A stretch of 64,000 bases of DNA, from the IMG/VR virus record IMGVR_UViG_3300029448_000012; one strand, given 5' to 3'. Of the stretch, positions 30,613-40,142 are shown piece after piece; the stretch's first letter is position 1, and each line of letters opens with the position of its first letter. This DNA comes from an uncultured virus (IMG/VR IMGVR_UViG_3300029448_000012) (taxonomy: Duplodnaviria; Heunggongvirae; Uroviricota; Caudoviricetes). The notes under the pieces were generated by a model. It was not told the DNA's origin and did not search any database. It saw only the letters and a program-made list of their open reading frames with translations. The position numbers and the translations under genes were made by a program.

Positions 30613-30624
30613 TTCATTTTGTTG

Positions 30625-30653
30625 TTTACAAACCTTTCCAAATAGTATATAAT
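30625..30653 (+). promoter_or_regulatory. Early/middle promoter TTTACA-N17-TATAAT
   Basis: Exact motif upstream of gp43. Confidence 0.8.
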
Positions 30654-30675
30654 AATATATGAATTTGGAGGTAAT

Positions 30676-33168
30676 ATGTCGTCTTTTTATACTAATGTTT
30701 GTCGCTATGGCAACTCAATGCTTTACCGCGGTTATAACCAACACGGCAAACGTATCTATCGTAAAGATACAGAATTTAAACCAGTTTTCTATACTGAAAC
30801 AAAAACTTCTACTGAATGGTCTGGTTTAGATGGTGCGTCAATTGCGCCTATCGAGCAACCAAACATGAGAGAAGCTAAATATTGGCTTGAAGCAAATAAA
30901 GATGTTGCTGGTCGTAAGATCTATGGCAACCGTAATTATATTCACCAATATATTACTCAACGCTTTCCACGTGATATAGACTTTAAGCGTGAATGTATCG
31001 ACGTTGGCACTTTTGATATTGAAACAGAATATGATGATGGCTTTCCACATCCACGTGAAGCAAGCCAACGCATTCTTTCAATTACTTACAAATCAAGCAA
31101 ATCTAAGATATACCATGTCTGGGGTTATGGCGATTTCGATACGAAAAAATCTTTAATTCAACCTGTTCGTTATTATCGCTGTCGCGATGAAGCCTCACTC
31201 CTTTCTAAATTTATAGACTTCTGGTCTGATCCTGATAAAACACCTGACGTAATTACAGGTTGGAATATTCGTTTCTTTGATGTTCCATATCTTATTAATC
31301 GCACAGCAAAAATTCTTGGTGTAGAACAAATCAAACACTTCTCACCTTGGCGAATGGTTGAACACCGTGAAATTACTCGCCGTGGTCGTACCGAAGACGC
31401 TTATGATATTAAAGGTATCGAACAACTTGACTATATGGAACTCTTTCAAAAGTTTGGTTATTCGTACGGTCCACAAGAATCTTATAAACTTGATCATATT
31501 GCTTATGTTGTGCTTGGTGATCAAAAACTTTCATATGAAGAATCGGGTTCTTTGAAAAATCTTTACAAAGATGATTTTCAAAAGTATATCGACTACAATA
31601 TGAAAGACGTTGAGTTAATCGAACGCCTTGAAGACAAAATGGGGTTACTCACTTTGGCCATGACTGTAGCATACAAAGGTGGTGTCAACTACACCGACAC
31701 ATTTGGTGTTACGAATATTTGGGAATCAATCATTTATCGTAAACTACACTCAGAAAAACGCATGCCTTTAGCATTTACTCCTGAACACGGTAAAACAAAA
31801 TTTGCCGGTGGTTATGTTAAGGAACCACATGTTGGTGCTCATGATTGGGTAGTTTCATTTGATTTGAATTCTCTATATCCAAACATTATTGTCCAGTGGA
31901 ATATGAGTACCGAAACTCTAATTAACCAAGCCGAAGTTTCTGGTGTTGAATATTACATGAGTTCTTCAGATTTTACTGATAATGCATGCGTTGCGGCTAA
32001 TGGATCTACTTATCGTAAAGATGTTGATGGCATTATTCCAAACATCATTATTGACTATTATGATGATCGCAAATCTATCAAGAAAATGATGCTATCTGCC
32101 GAGTCTCAATATCAAAAAGAAAAATCCATTGAACTTGAAAAAGAAATCAACAAACTTAATAATCAGCAAATGGCCATTAAAATTCTTATGAATTCTCTTT
32201 ATGGCGCTCTTGGTAATCGATACTTTAAATATTATGATTTACGTTTAGCCGAAGGTGTTACACTTACCGGCCAATTAGCAATCAAATGGGCTGAACGTAC
32301 CGTAAACGAATATATGAATGAATTACTTAAAACTGAAGATGTTGATTATGTCATAGCAATCGATACAGATTCGCTTTATGTTAACTTTGGTCCAATGGTT
32401 GAAAAGTTTCAACCGAAAAATCCTGTTAATTTTCTTGATAGTATTTGTCGTACACATGTTGAGCCGGCTATAAAAGAGTCATATGAAAAACTGTTTACTC
32501 GTATGAATTGTCATAAACCTCGAATGGAAATGGGCAGGGAAGTAATTGCCGATCGCGGTATCTGGACAGCTAAAAAGCGTTACATTCTTAACGTACATAA
32601 TTCTGAAGGTGTTCAGTACGCGCAACCAAAACTTAAAATTATGGGTATTGAAGCAATTAAAAGTTCTACACCAGAAATTTGTCGCGATAAGTTCAAAGAA
32701 ATATTTCAAATACTTATTTCAGGTACAGAGGAAGATACTCAAAAATACATTGAAAAATTCAAGTCAGAATTTAAAGCACTACCTGCTGAAAAAGTTGCGT
32801 TTCCTCGTTCAGTTTCAAACGTAACTGAATACAAAGATAGTAAATTAATTTATAAAAAAGGTTCTCCAATTCATGTTCGTGGCAGCTTACTTTATAACAA
32901 ATTACTAAAAGACAACAAACTTACAAAAAAGTATGAGCTTATTCAAAACGCTAATCGAATCAAATTTTGTTATATGAGAATGCCTAATCCGATTCATGAA
33001 AATGTGATTGCGTTTCCGGAAGTACTTCCAAGCGAGCTCAAACTTGATCGCTATATAGACTATGACCTACAATTTGACAAAACTTTTGTTGAACCACTTA
33101 AACTTATTCTTGATGCAATCGGCTGGACACCAGAACCAGTCGCAAATTTAGATGAATTTTTCGCATAA
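30676..33168 (+). CDS. gp43: Family B DNA polymerase gp43
   Basis: DIET exonuclease motif, SFDLNSLYP, KILMNSLYG, DTDS. Confidence 0.98.
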   Translation: MSSFYTNVCRYGNSMLYRGYNQHGKRIYRKDTEFKPVFYTETKTSTEWSGLDGASIAPIEQPNMREAKYWLEANKDVAGRKIYGNRNYIHQYITQRFPRDIDFKRECIDVGTFDIETEYDDGFPHPREASQRILSITYKSSKSKIYHVWGYGDFDTKKSLIQPVRYYRCRDEASLLSKFIDFWSDPDKTPDVITGWNIRFFDVPYLINRTAKILGVEQIKHFSPWRMVEHREITRRGRTEDAYDIKGIEQLDYMELFQKFGYSYGPQESYKLDHIAYVVLGDQKLSYEESGSLKNLYKDDFQKYIDYNMKDVELIERLEDKMGLLTLAMTVAYKGGVNYTDTFGVTNIWESIIYRKLHSEKRMPLAFTPEHGKTKFAGGYVKEPHVGAHDWVVSFDLNSLYPNIIVQWNMSTETLINQAEVSGVEYYMSSSDFTDNACVAANGSTYRKDVDGIIPNIIIDYYDDRKSIKKMMLSAESQYQKEKSIELEKEINKLNNQQMAIKILMNSLYGALGNRYFKYYDLRLAEGVTLTGQLAIKWAERTVNEYMNELLKTEDVDYVIAIDTDSLYVNFGPMVEKFQPKNPVNFLDSICRTHVEPAIKESYEKLFTRMNCHKPRMEMGREVIADRGIWTAKKRYILNVHNSEGVQYAQPKLKIMGIEAIKSSTPEICRDKFKEIFQILISGTEEDTQKYIEKFKSEFKALPAEKVAFPRSVSNVTEYKDSKLIYKKGSPIHVRGSLLYNKLLKDNKLTKKYELIQNANRIKFCYMRMPNPIHENVIAFPEVLPSELKLDRYIDYDLQFDKTFVEPLKLILDAIGWTPEPVANLDEFFA

Positions 33169-33172
33169 ACAG

Positions 33173-33201
33173 TTTACTTTTGTAATAAAATGGAGTATAA
33201 T
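33173..33201 (+). promoter_or_regulatory. Early/middle promoter TTTACT-N17-TATAAT
   Basis: Motif 6 nt upstream of ATG 33208. Confidence 0.7.
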
Positions 33202-33207
33202 AATATT

Positions 33208-33621
33208 ATGAAAAAGCAATGGCACGAAGATATTTGGGATATGCACTATAAGTTTGGTGTACACCAATGGATTATTGAAAATATTAATGATAAAGAAAAG
33301 CTATCAAAGTTTCTTGAGTTTCGTATGAACTTTTTACGTGAAGAACTTAATGAAACACAAAACGCGATTGACAACAAAGATCCGCAAGAAATTGTGGATG
33401 GTTTAATCGATCTTTGCGTGGTAGCAATCGGGACACTTGATGCTTTCGGTGTTGATGCTCAACGAGCTTGGGATGAAGTTCATAAAGCTAATATGACTAA
33501 ACAACCTGGCGTAAAAGAATCACGACCGAATCCACTTGGTCTTCCCGATTTGATTAAACCTGAAGGATGGACAGGACCAGACCATGACAATAACACCGGG
33601 GATTTCCCTAACGCTCTTTGA
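33208..33621 (+). CDS. All-alpha NTP pyrophosphohydrolase (MazG/PRA-PH-like); candidate dCTPase
   Basis: EELNE...EIVDGLID..V, EVHKANMxK, KPEGWxGP. Confidence 0.8.
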   Translation: MKKQWHEDIWDMHYKFGVHQWIIENINDKEKLSKFLEFRMNFLREELNETQNAIDNKDPQEIVDGLIDLCVVAIGTLDAFGVDAQRAWDEVHKANMTKQPGVKESRPNPLGLPDLIKPEGWTGPDHDNNTGDFPNAL

Positions 33622-34525
33622 TAGCATATTTGATAATAAGACTGACAAGCGCATTGACTTACATAACTTTGATGCGTTTGAACGTGTCTTATATCAGTTG
33701 TCTGAAGTTGAACGTAAAGATAAAAAAGATGCTCAACTTATGTCACCTGCCATATACAATAAAGGCACCACAAGAAAAAATGATAACGTCATTGAATGGG
33801 CTGGCTGGTGCGCAGTCGATGTTGATGACTGGACTCCGGAAGGAAATTTAGAAGATGACTTACTTCGCCGTTTTTCTCGCTATCGCTTTGTTTGTTATAG
33901 TACTGCCAGCTCACAAACTAATCAACCTAAGTTTAGATTGGTCTTCCCAATTACCTCAAGTGTCAAAGCCGATAGAATTAAAAAATTTTGGTACGCCCTC
34001 CAAACCGAACTTGGAGATCTCGGAGACAGACAAACTAAGGATTTCTCGAGGATGTATTATATCCCTGGCAAATATGCTATGGCTGACAATTTTATATTCA
34101 GCCACCGTGACGGTAGCTCTATTGATCCAGCTGAGATAATCTTTAAACATCCAATGCCGGAAAAGGCAAGCCTCAATAACTTCTTCGATCGTTTGCCCGA
34201 AGCATTACAAGAACAAATCATTCAATATCGTAAAGACAGGCTCGATGCTAACTTTGAATGGTCATCATATCATGACTGTCCGTTCTGGCCAAAACAATTA
34301 GCGAATGAATATAAAACTATTACTAAAACTGGTTGGTATGCTAAAATGTATTCTATTATGGTAGCTACTGCTGGCAATGCTATACGTAAAAAATATCCAA
34401 TCACTGCTGATGAAATTTCTCAGCTATGCCGACAGTTTGATACTGACACTGGTAATTGGTACAAGAATCGTCCACTAGATAAAGAAGCAGATCGTGCTCT
34501 CGAATACGTTTATAAAAATTTATAA
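33584..34525 (+). CDS. Archaeo-eukaryotic primase (AEP)/PrimPol-like protein
   Basis: DVDD, YSTAS, KFRLVFP, D..RMYYIP; helical C-terminus with HDCPF. Confidence 0.75.
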   Translation: MTITPGISLTLFDSIFDNKTDKRIDLHNFDAFERVLYQLSEVERKDKKDAQLMSPAIYNKGTTRKNDNVIEWAGWCAVDVDDWTPEGNLEDDLLRRFSRYRFVCYSTASSQTNQPKFRLVFPITSSVKADRIKKFWYALQTELGDLGDRQTKDFSRMYYIPGKYAMADNFIFSHRDGSSIDPAEIIFKHPMPEKASLNNFFDRLPEALQEQIIQYRKDRLDANFEWSSYHDCPFWPKQLANEYKTITKTGWYAKMYSIMVATAGNAIRKKYPITADEISQLCRQFDTDTGNWYKNRPLDKEADRALEYVYKNL

Positions 34526-34541
34526 TTTGATAACTTTTTTG

Positions 34542-34570
34542 TTTACAAATGAAAAAAAGTTTGATATAAT
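34542..34570 (+). promoter_or_regulatory. Early/middle promoter TTTACA-N17-TATAAT
   Basis: Exact motif. Confidence 0.8.
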
Positions 34571-34599
34571 ATATCTAACAATTGATGAGGAGATATATC

Positions 34600-35085
34600 A
34601 TGTACGACTTCAGTGAAACAACTTTGGAATCTTATTGGATTGAAAAATACGGTAGTGTAGTAAAAGCCGTAATAAAAAAACAAAATAAACTTATTTCTGA
34701 TACAGTTGAAGAGCTATATGCTTTTTATACAAATGGTATTGTCAGAAACGCAATCGGTTTTGATGTTGAAAGACCCAATAAAATATTGGACGAATTAAAA
34801 TATACTGGAACTGTGCAGGGAAAATCAGCATTGCGGGTAGGCGGTCTGACTAATAAAGAAGGTAAATCAGATAATATCGTCATTATTGATGGTGTTAATA
34901 ATAGAACCTTTAGAATTCCTAATCACATCTTTTTTAACTTCGCGCATTTAACAATTTCAAAAACCAAGACTTCAACAACTACAGAATTTCACTGGTCTGT
35001 TTCTTACAACAAAAACGATAAAGTAAAACGAGAAAACACAGAATTGCTTTTACAATATGAGGTAACAAATGAAATATTCTCTTAA
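34600..35085 (+). CDS. Hypothetical protein, possible PD-(D/E)xK nuclease
   Basis: Strong SD GAGGAG; GFDV...DELK motif. Confidence 0.45.
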   Translation: MYDFSETTLESYWIEKYGSVVKAVIKKQNKLISDTVEELYAFYTNGIVRNAIGFDVERPNKILDELKYTGTVQGKSALRVGGLTNKEGKSDNIVIIDGVNNRTFRIPNHIFFNFAHLTISKTKTSTTTEFHWSVSYNKNDKVKRENTELLLQYEVTNEIFS

Positions 35086-35425
35086 AGTTCTTCAGCGTGC
35101 AGCTGAAATCCAAAACAAAAAAAGTAATGATTATCAAAATCCAAACTCACGAGTACGTCAAGCTATGTACTATCCTCGTGGTTGTAGTACTATTCTCGAT
35201 ACAATGTATGCCAAAGTTCTTCGCATGCAATCTGTAATTGAAGCCATGGAAACTGATCCAAACTATCAGCCAAACTTTGAATCACTTGAGGATTCATGTA
35301 TTGATATCATTAATTATGCTTCATTCTTTGCTGCATATATGAATGGTTCTATCGATGGTCAAAATCCTGATTGTGATTTTCTTAATCGTCCAAAGAAAGT
35401 AGAACATGAAAATGAAAGTGAATGA
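35069..35425 (+). CDS. Nucleotide-modification-associated helical protein (DUF1599/Nmad1-like)
   Basis: KxxDY...KxxR...ESLEDSxxDIINYA. Confidence 0.7.
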   Translation: MKYSLKVLQRAAEIQNKKSNDYQNPNSRVRQAMYYPRGCSTILDTMYAKVLRMQSVIEAMETDPNYQPNFESLEDSCIDIINYASFFAAYMNGSIDGQNPDCDFLNRPKKVEHENESE

Positions 35426-36083
35426 TATTCGTCAATTTTTTATCGATGAATTAAAAGATGAAACTTTTACAATCGATAAAACGGGTCAGAAAACAATCGA
35501 ATTGATTGGTGCCTCATTTCTAGCAGATGAGCCATCTATCTTTGGCACTCCCGATCAAGACTATATTGATGACGAGATTGGTTGGTATTATTCAGAGTCA
35601 ACAAACATTAATGATATTCGTGAAAGCGAACCTCCAAAAGCATGGCAATACTCTGCAAATAAACACGGTGAAATCAATAGCAACTATGGCTTGTTGATTT
35701 TTAGTCATAAATACTTTCAGCAATATGAATTAGTACTCGATGAACTAATAACAAATCCATACAGTCGTCGCGCTATCATGATTTATAATCGTCCTTCTAT
35801 CTGGAGTGAGTATAATGAAAATGGTAAAAACGATTTTATTTGTACTAATGCTGTCACTTATTACATTCGCGATAACACCTTACACGCAGTTGTACAAATG
35901 CGCTCAAACGATGTCGTGTTCGGATATAAGAATGACTATGCTTGGCAACGCCATGTTCTAGATAGATTAGTTGACGATTTCAATAGTTGTAAAGAACATG
36001 CTTTACAAATCACTGGAGGTGATATCACTTGGCAAGTACAAAACTTACATGTTTATGAAAGGCATTTTCATCTTGTCAAATAA
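35406..36083 (+). CDS. gp42: dCMP hydroxymethylase (T4 gp42-like)
   Basis: DKTGxKTIExIGASFxADEP, GEINSNYG, DFICTN, MRSNDVVFGYKNDYAWQ, LHVYERHF closely match T4 gp42 as I recall it. Confidence 0.9.
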   Translation: MKMKVNDIRQFFIDELKDETFTIDKTGQKTIELIGASFLADEPSIFGTPDQDYIDDEIGWYYSESTNINDIRESEPPKAWQYSANKHGEINSNYGLLIFSHKYFQQYELVLDELITNPYSRRAIMIYNRPSIWSEYNENGKNDFICTNAVTYYIRDNTLHAVVQMRSNDVVFGYKNDYAWQRHVLDRLVDDFNSCKEHALQITGGDITWQVQNLHVYERHFHLVK

Positions 36084-36510
36084 ATGGGATAAAAGATACC
36101 TTGAGCTAGCAGAACAAGTCTCTACCTGGTCTAAAGATCCATCAACAAAAATTGGTGCGATCGCAGTAGGACCGAAAGGACAAGTTCTCGCTCAAGGCTA
36201 CAATGGTTTTCCTCGTGGGATTGTGGACTCCCCAGATCGTTATGAAGATCGTACGAGGAAATACGAGCTGGTAGTTCACGCAGAAATGAATGTCATATAT
36301 AATGCTTCATATAATGGTGTGTCATTGGATGGGTCGACATTATACGTGCACGGACTACCAGCTTGTTCAGATTGTGCCAAAGGAATTATTCAGGTTGGCA
36401 TTAAAAGAGTTGTCATGAGAGATCAGGAAATACCTGTTTTATGGCAACAATCATGGACTAAAACCGAAGAAATGTTTAATGAAGCAGGAGTCAAGTATGA
36501 ATTTATCTAG
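36073..36510 (+). CDS. dCMP deaminase (start inferred)
   Basis: SKDPST, GYNGFPRG, HAExN, PxCxxC. Confidence 0.92.
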   Translation: MSNKWDKRYLELAEQVSTWSKDPSTKIGAIAVGPKGQVLAQGYNGFPRGIVDSPDRYEDRTRKYELVVHAEMNVIYNASYNGVSLDGSTLYVHGLPACSDCAKGIIQVGIKRVVMRDQEIPVLWQQSWTKTEEMFNEAGVKYEFI

Positions 36511-36664
36511 AGAATCTTATGAAGACTATATGGTTCGTCGTAGTAGAGAAGAAGATGAAAAAAATTATTCACCACTATCTACTGATCAAGAAATTCTACA
36601 AATCAAGGAAGATATTAAAAAACTTCAAATTGATATTGCTTACATGATGAAAAAATATGAATAA
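36497..36664 (+). CDS. Small hypothetical protein
   Basis: SD AGGAG; overlaps both neighbours. Confidence 0.5.
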   Translation: MNLSRESYEDYMVRRSREEDEKNYSPLSTDQEILQIKEDIKKLQIDIAYMMKKYE

Positions 36665-37034
36665 AGTTCTGGTTATAGGACATAGCCCGAGTCGCGGTCG
36701 TAGAACTACACAGAAACAGAACAATCCTACGTTGAAGCGATTAAACCGGTGGCTCGATGCATGTAATGTGGGTATATACAGCTTCACCAATCTTTGTGCA
36801 TCGAGCGCCACATCTCTGAAAAAAGGTGAAATATGTGAAACTATGTTACATGAGATATTTAAAGATTATAATAAAATTATAACTTTAGGTAAAGAAGTGA
36901 AACATTATACTAATAAAATGGGCTACGATTTTTATGAGCTTCCTCATCCAAGTCCGCTAAATCGTAATCTCAACGATAAAGAATACGAAAAAGACGTAAT
37001 TAAAGGTTTACAAAGCTTCATACATAGTGTATAA
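36657..37034 (+). CDS. Uracil-DNA glycosylase superfamily protein (minimal)
   Basis: VIGHSP, FTNL, IITLG, LPHPSPLN. Confidence 0.75.
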   Translation: MNKVLVIGHSPSRGRRTTQKQNNPTLKRLNRWLDACNVGIYSFTNLCASSATSLKKGEICETMLHEIFKDYNKIITLGKEVKHYTNKMGYDFYELPHPSPLNRNLNDKEYEKDVIKGLQSFIHSV

Positions 37035-37035
37035 T
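37007..37035 (+). promoter_or_regulatory. Early/middle promoter TTTACA-N17-TATAAT
   Basis: Exact motif upstream of the glycosyltransferase. Confidence 0.75.
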
Positions 37036-37057
37036 ACTCTTATAACTGAAGAATTAT

Positions 37058-37888
37058 ATGGAAAACAATATGATTAATCACATTATTATTCCTACTCTGG
37101 GTAGAACACACAATCAGATAACGTATAAAAACCTACCTGATAATCTAAAACAAAAAGTTTACTTTACCGTTCAGCCTCACGAGTACGATGAGATGAATGA
37201 GATCTATGGTGATAAGGTTCTAAAACTTCCAGAAGAAATAAAGCGTATCGCACCAACTCGTGAATGGATCTTCAATAAGTTTTGTGATACACGTCATATG
37301 GTATTCGATGATGACCTTGAGTTTGTAGTCAAGGAACCGAATCCTGGCGAAGGTACCAAGTGGCTATCACGTAAATTTACTGATCAAGACTTTGTAGACG
37401 CTTTTGATCTAGTTGATAGCTGGATGGATGAAGGTATCTGCTTTGGTGGTTTACTTCCTGCATGGGTTATCCCAGACGTAAAGCAGTGGCCTGTAAGAGA
37501 AAATCAACGCATGATGACAAACTGGTTCTTCAATGGTCCTAAACTTCCACGTGATATTGAATGGAATCGTGTCATGGGTGGTGCTGAAGACTTTGATGTC
37601 AACTTACAGCTACTAACGCGTGGCTTTAAGAATCGCGTGTCTGCTAAATACATGGTGGGATGTTCGAACACGAATGCAGACGGTGGTTGTTCTACATGGC
37701 GTACGCTTGAAGTTCATAACGAGGCTCAAAGAATACTACATGAACTGTGGCCAGACTTCGTAAAGATTCGCGAAAAAGAAGTTACGTCCGGACCGTGGAA
37801 AGGTCATGTCAAATTGGCTACTACGATTCAACATAAAAAAGCTTATGAATCGAGTCAATCAAATAGCCTTGAGGAATTTTTTCGATGA
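37058..37888 (+). CDS. GT-A fold glycosyltransferase, TET-associated/GREB1-like DNA base glycosyltransferase type
   Basis: IIPTLGR, R..I, FDDD, EDFDxxLQLL, GGC. Confidence 0.75.
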   Translation: MENNMINHIIIPTLGRTHNQITYKNLPDNLKQKVYFTVQPHEYDEMNEIYGDKVLKLPEEIKRIAPTREWIFNKFCDTRHMVFDDDLEFVVKEPNPGEGTKWLSRKFTDQDFVDAFDLVDSWMDEGICFGGLLPAWVIPDVKQWPVRENQRMMTNWFFNGPKLPRDIEWNRVMGGAEDFDVNLQLLTRGFKNRVSAKYMVGCSNTNADGGCSTWRTLEVHNEAQRILHELWPDFVKIREKEVTSGPWKGHVKLATTIQHKKAYESSQSNSLEEFFR

Positions 37889-39078
37889 ATTTTGCGAGTA
37901 TTGTACCACTCATTGGCGGTGAAACAATTGCTATGCAAAACGTATTTGGTAAGTTGCCAGAATATATTTTGTCCTATAAAGCGTTTGAAGCCAACGATAT
38001 GCAGTTGGTTGAATACTATCGTGGTGAAGTGCCATATCATTTACTTGATGAGTATCGAGTACTTCCAGTAAACGTTGATGTAGTAAATACTGTTTGCCCA
38101 TGCGCTGGGCTAAGTAGTCTATCACCATCAGCTTCTTCTGATAACGCAGCAAATGATTGGATGATTGAATCAGCTAAATACGTCTTAAATCAAATACAAC
38201 CTAAAGTATTCTGGGGTGAGAATGCTCCAAGGTTAGCAAGCAAGATGGGTGAACCTGTGGTTGAAAGATTACGACAGGTTGGTGAAGAAGCTGGTTACAC
38301 TTTTACGATTTATAAGACTATGTCAAAGTTACATGGGTTGAGCCAGGTACGTGATAGAACATTTTATTTTTTCTGGAAGGGTGAAAAAGCACCAGTTCTT
38401 GAATATATAAATCGTGTACCTGAAAATATCGAAGATACCATTCGGTCAGTTGGACGTAACCCAGATGACCCTATGGACATTCTTACAAATGATCAGGTTC
38501 CATCACACAATCCTTTCTATAAGTATGTGCTCGAAGAAATAGAGGGCGGCATCACTCACTCAGAGTTTGCAGACAAAATTGAAAAAACAACAAACCCACA
38601 AGACTATATCGAAGAACGAAACATTCCTTACAGTAAAGTTAGTGAGTGGATGAAATCAAAAGGCTTTGATAGAGATGCTGCCAAGGCTAAGCGTATGCAC
38701 GCTAAGTTAAAGAGTGGTGGCAACATTATGAGAAAGATGACAACCATACCGAAAGGTTTGATTGGAGCTTTCGTTGGCCATATGCCAACAGCACTTACGC
38801 ATCCTGATGAAGATAGATATCTTACGATTAGAGAAGCTATGGAAATCATGAAGCTTCCAAAAGACTTTGTTCTTCAGGGTGGAAGAAAGAATCTGAATAT
38901 GATTTGTCAAAACGTTCCAGTCACCACTGCGGAAGATATGGCGAGTCAAGTGAAGGCCTTTATTGAAGGAAGGCTGGATAACAAAATGATCGAGACTAAA
39001 TTCTTAGTTCAAGATAATCGCGCACAGACTATCAAATATGAAAAAGACAGTGTACAGCTTGATGCATTTATGGTATAA
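37885..39078 (+). CDS. DNA cytosine-C5 methyltransferase homologue with divergent motif I
   Basis: CPCAGLS (IV), ENA (VI), QVRDR (VIII), RYLTIREA (IX); motif I reads VPLIGG. Confidence 0.75.
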   Translation: MNFASIVPLIGGETIAMQNVFGKLPEYILSYKAFEANDMQLVEYYRGEVPYHLLDEYRVLPVNVDVVNTVCPCAGLSSLSPSASSDNAANDWMIESAKYVLNQIQPKVFWGENAPRLASKMGEPVVERLRQVGEEAGYTFTIYKTMSKLHGLSQVRDRTFYFFWKGEKAPVLEYINRVPENIEDTIRSVGRNPDDPMDILTNDQVPSHNPFYKYVLEEIEGGITHSEFADKIEKTTNPQDYIEERNIPYSKVSEWMKSKGFDRDAAKAKRMHAKLKSGGNIMRKMTTIPKGLIGAFVGHMPTALTHPDEDRYLTIREAMEIMKLPKDFVLQGGRKNLNMICQNVPVTTAEDMASQVKAFIEGRLDNKMIETKFLVQDNRAQTIKYEKDSVQLDAFMV

Positions 39079-39079
39079 T
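39051..39079 (+). promoter_or_regulatory. Early/middle promoter TGTACA-N17-TATAAT
   Basis: Motif upstream of uvsX. Confidence 0.7.
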
Positions 39080-39101
39080 ATAATTTTAGAAGGAGATATT
39101 A

Positions 39102-40142
39102 ATGTCTATCATGGATAAATTAAAAAAGAACTCAAAGGTAAAAACCACTGAAGTTCTATCGGAATCAAAGTTCTTTACTGAAAAAGATATGATTCCAACT
39201 GATGTACCAATGATGAATGTGGCGTTGTCTGGTTCAGTTGATGGTGGTTTAGCACCTGGCTTGACTGTATTAGCTGGTCCATCAAAACATTTTAAAACAT
39301 CATTTGCTTTGATTATGGCAAGTGCCTATTTGAAAAAGTATGATGATGCTGTACTTCTTTTTTATGATTCTGAGTTTGGTTCACCACAAACTTATTTTCA
39401 ACAATTTGACATCGATACAAATCGTGTACTTCATACACCGATTACGAATGTAGAAGAACTCAAGTTTGATATTATTAGTCAACTTGAAGCTCTTGATCGT
39501 GATGATAAAGTTGTTGTGGTAATTGATTCAGTTGGTAACTTGGCTTCCAAGAAAGAATTAGAAGATGCTATCAATGAAAAGTCTGTTGCTGATATGTCAC
39601 GTGCTAAAGCATTGAAAGGTTTGTTCCGTATGTGTACACCTTATCTTGCTATGAAAAATATTCCATTGATTGCCGTAAATCATACGTATCAGGAAATCGG
39701 CCTATTCCCTAAAGCAATTGTTTCTGGTGGCACTGGTATTTACTACTCTGCTGATAACATCTGGATTCTTGGTCGTAGACAGAATAAAAAAGGTACTGAA
39801 ATTACAGGATATGAGTTTGTAATCAACGTTGAAAAATCACGCTATGTTAAAGAAAAGTCAAAGATTCCTATTACTGTTAGTTGGGAAGGTGGAGTACAAA
39901 AGTGGTCAGGTCTTCTTGAAGTTGCTATGCAAGGTGAATATGTGGCTAAGCCGTCGAATGGTTGGTATTGCCGTGTTGACCGAGACACTGGCGAGTTACT
40001 TGAACCAAAAGTACGAGAAGCCCAAACTTTAGAATCAGAGTTCTGGCAATCTATCTTTGAAGAAACCGATTTTGCTAATTATCTTACTGAAGCATATAAG
40101 ATTGGCGGAAATGCTCACGTTGATATTGAGGAAGAAGAATGA
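39102..40142 (+). CDS. uvsX: RecA-like recombinase UvsX
   Basis: AGPSKHFKT, YDSEFG, IDSVGNLASKKE, SGGTG. Confidence 0.97.
   Translation: MSIMDKLKKNSKVKTTEVLSESKFFTEKDMIPTDVPMMNVALSGSVDGGLAPGLTVLAGPSKHFKTSFALIMASAYLKKYDDAVLLFYDSEFGSPQTYFQQFDIDTNRVLHTPITNVEELKFDIISQLEALDRDDKVVVVIDSVGNLASKKELEDAINEKSVADMSRAKALKGLFRMCTPYLAMKNIPLIAVNHTYQEIGLFPKAIVSGGTGIYYSADNIWILGRRQNKKGTEITGYEFVINVEKSRYVKEKSKIPITVSWEGGVQKWSGLLEVAMQGEYVAKPSNGWYCRVDRDTGELLEPKVREAQTLESEFWQSIFEETDFANYLTEAYKIGGNAHVDIEEEE

Noticed and set aside
35406..36083. Ordinary thymidylate synthase ThyA or dUMP hydroxymethylase
   Set aside because: The sequence follows T4 gp42, including the Asp of NDYAW, and ThyX is encoded separately
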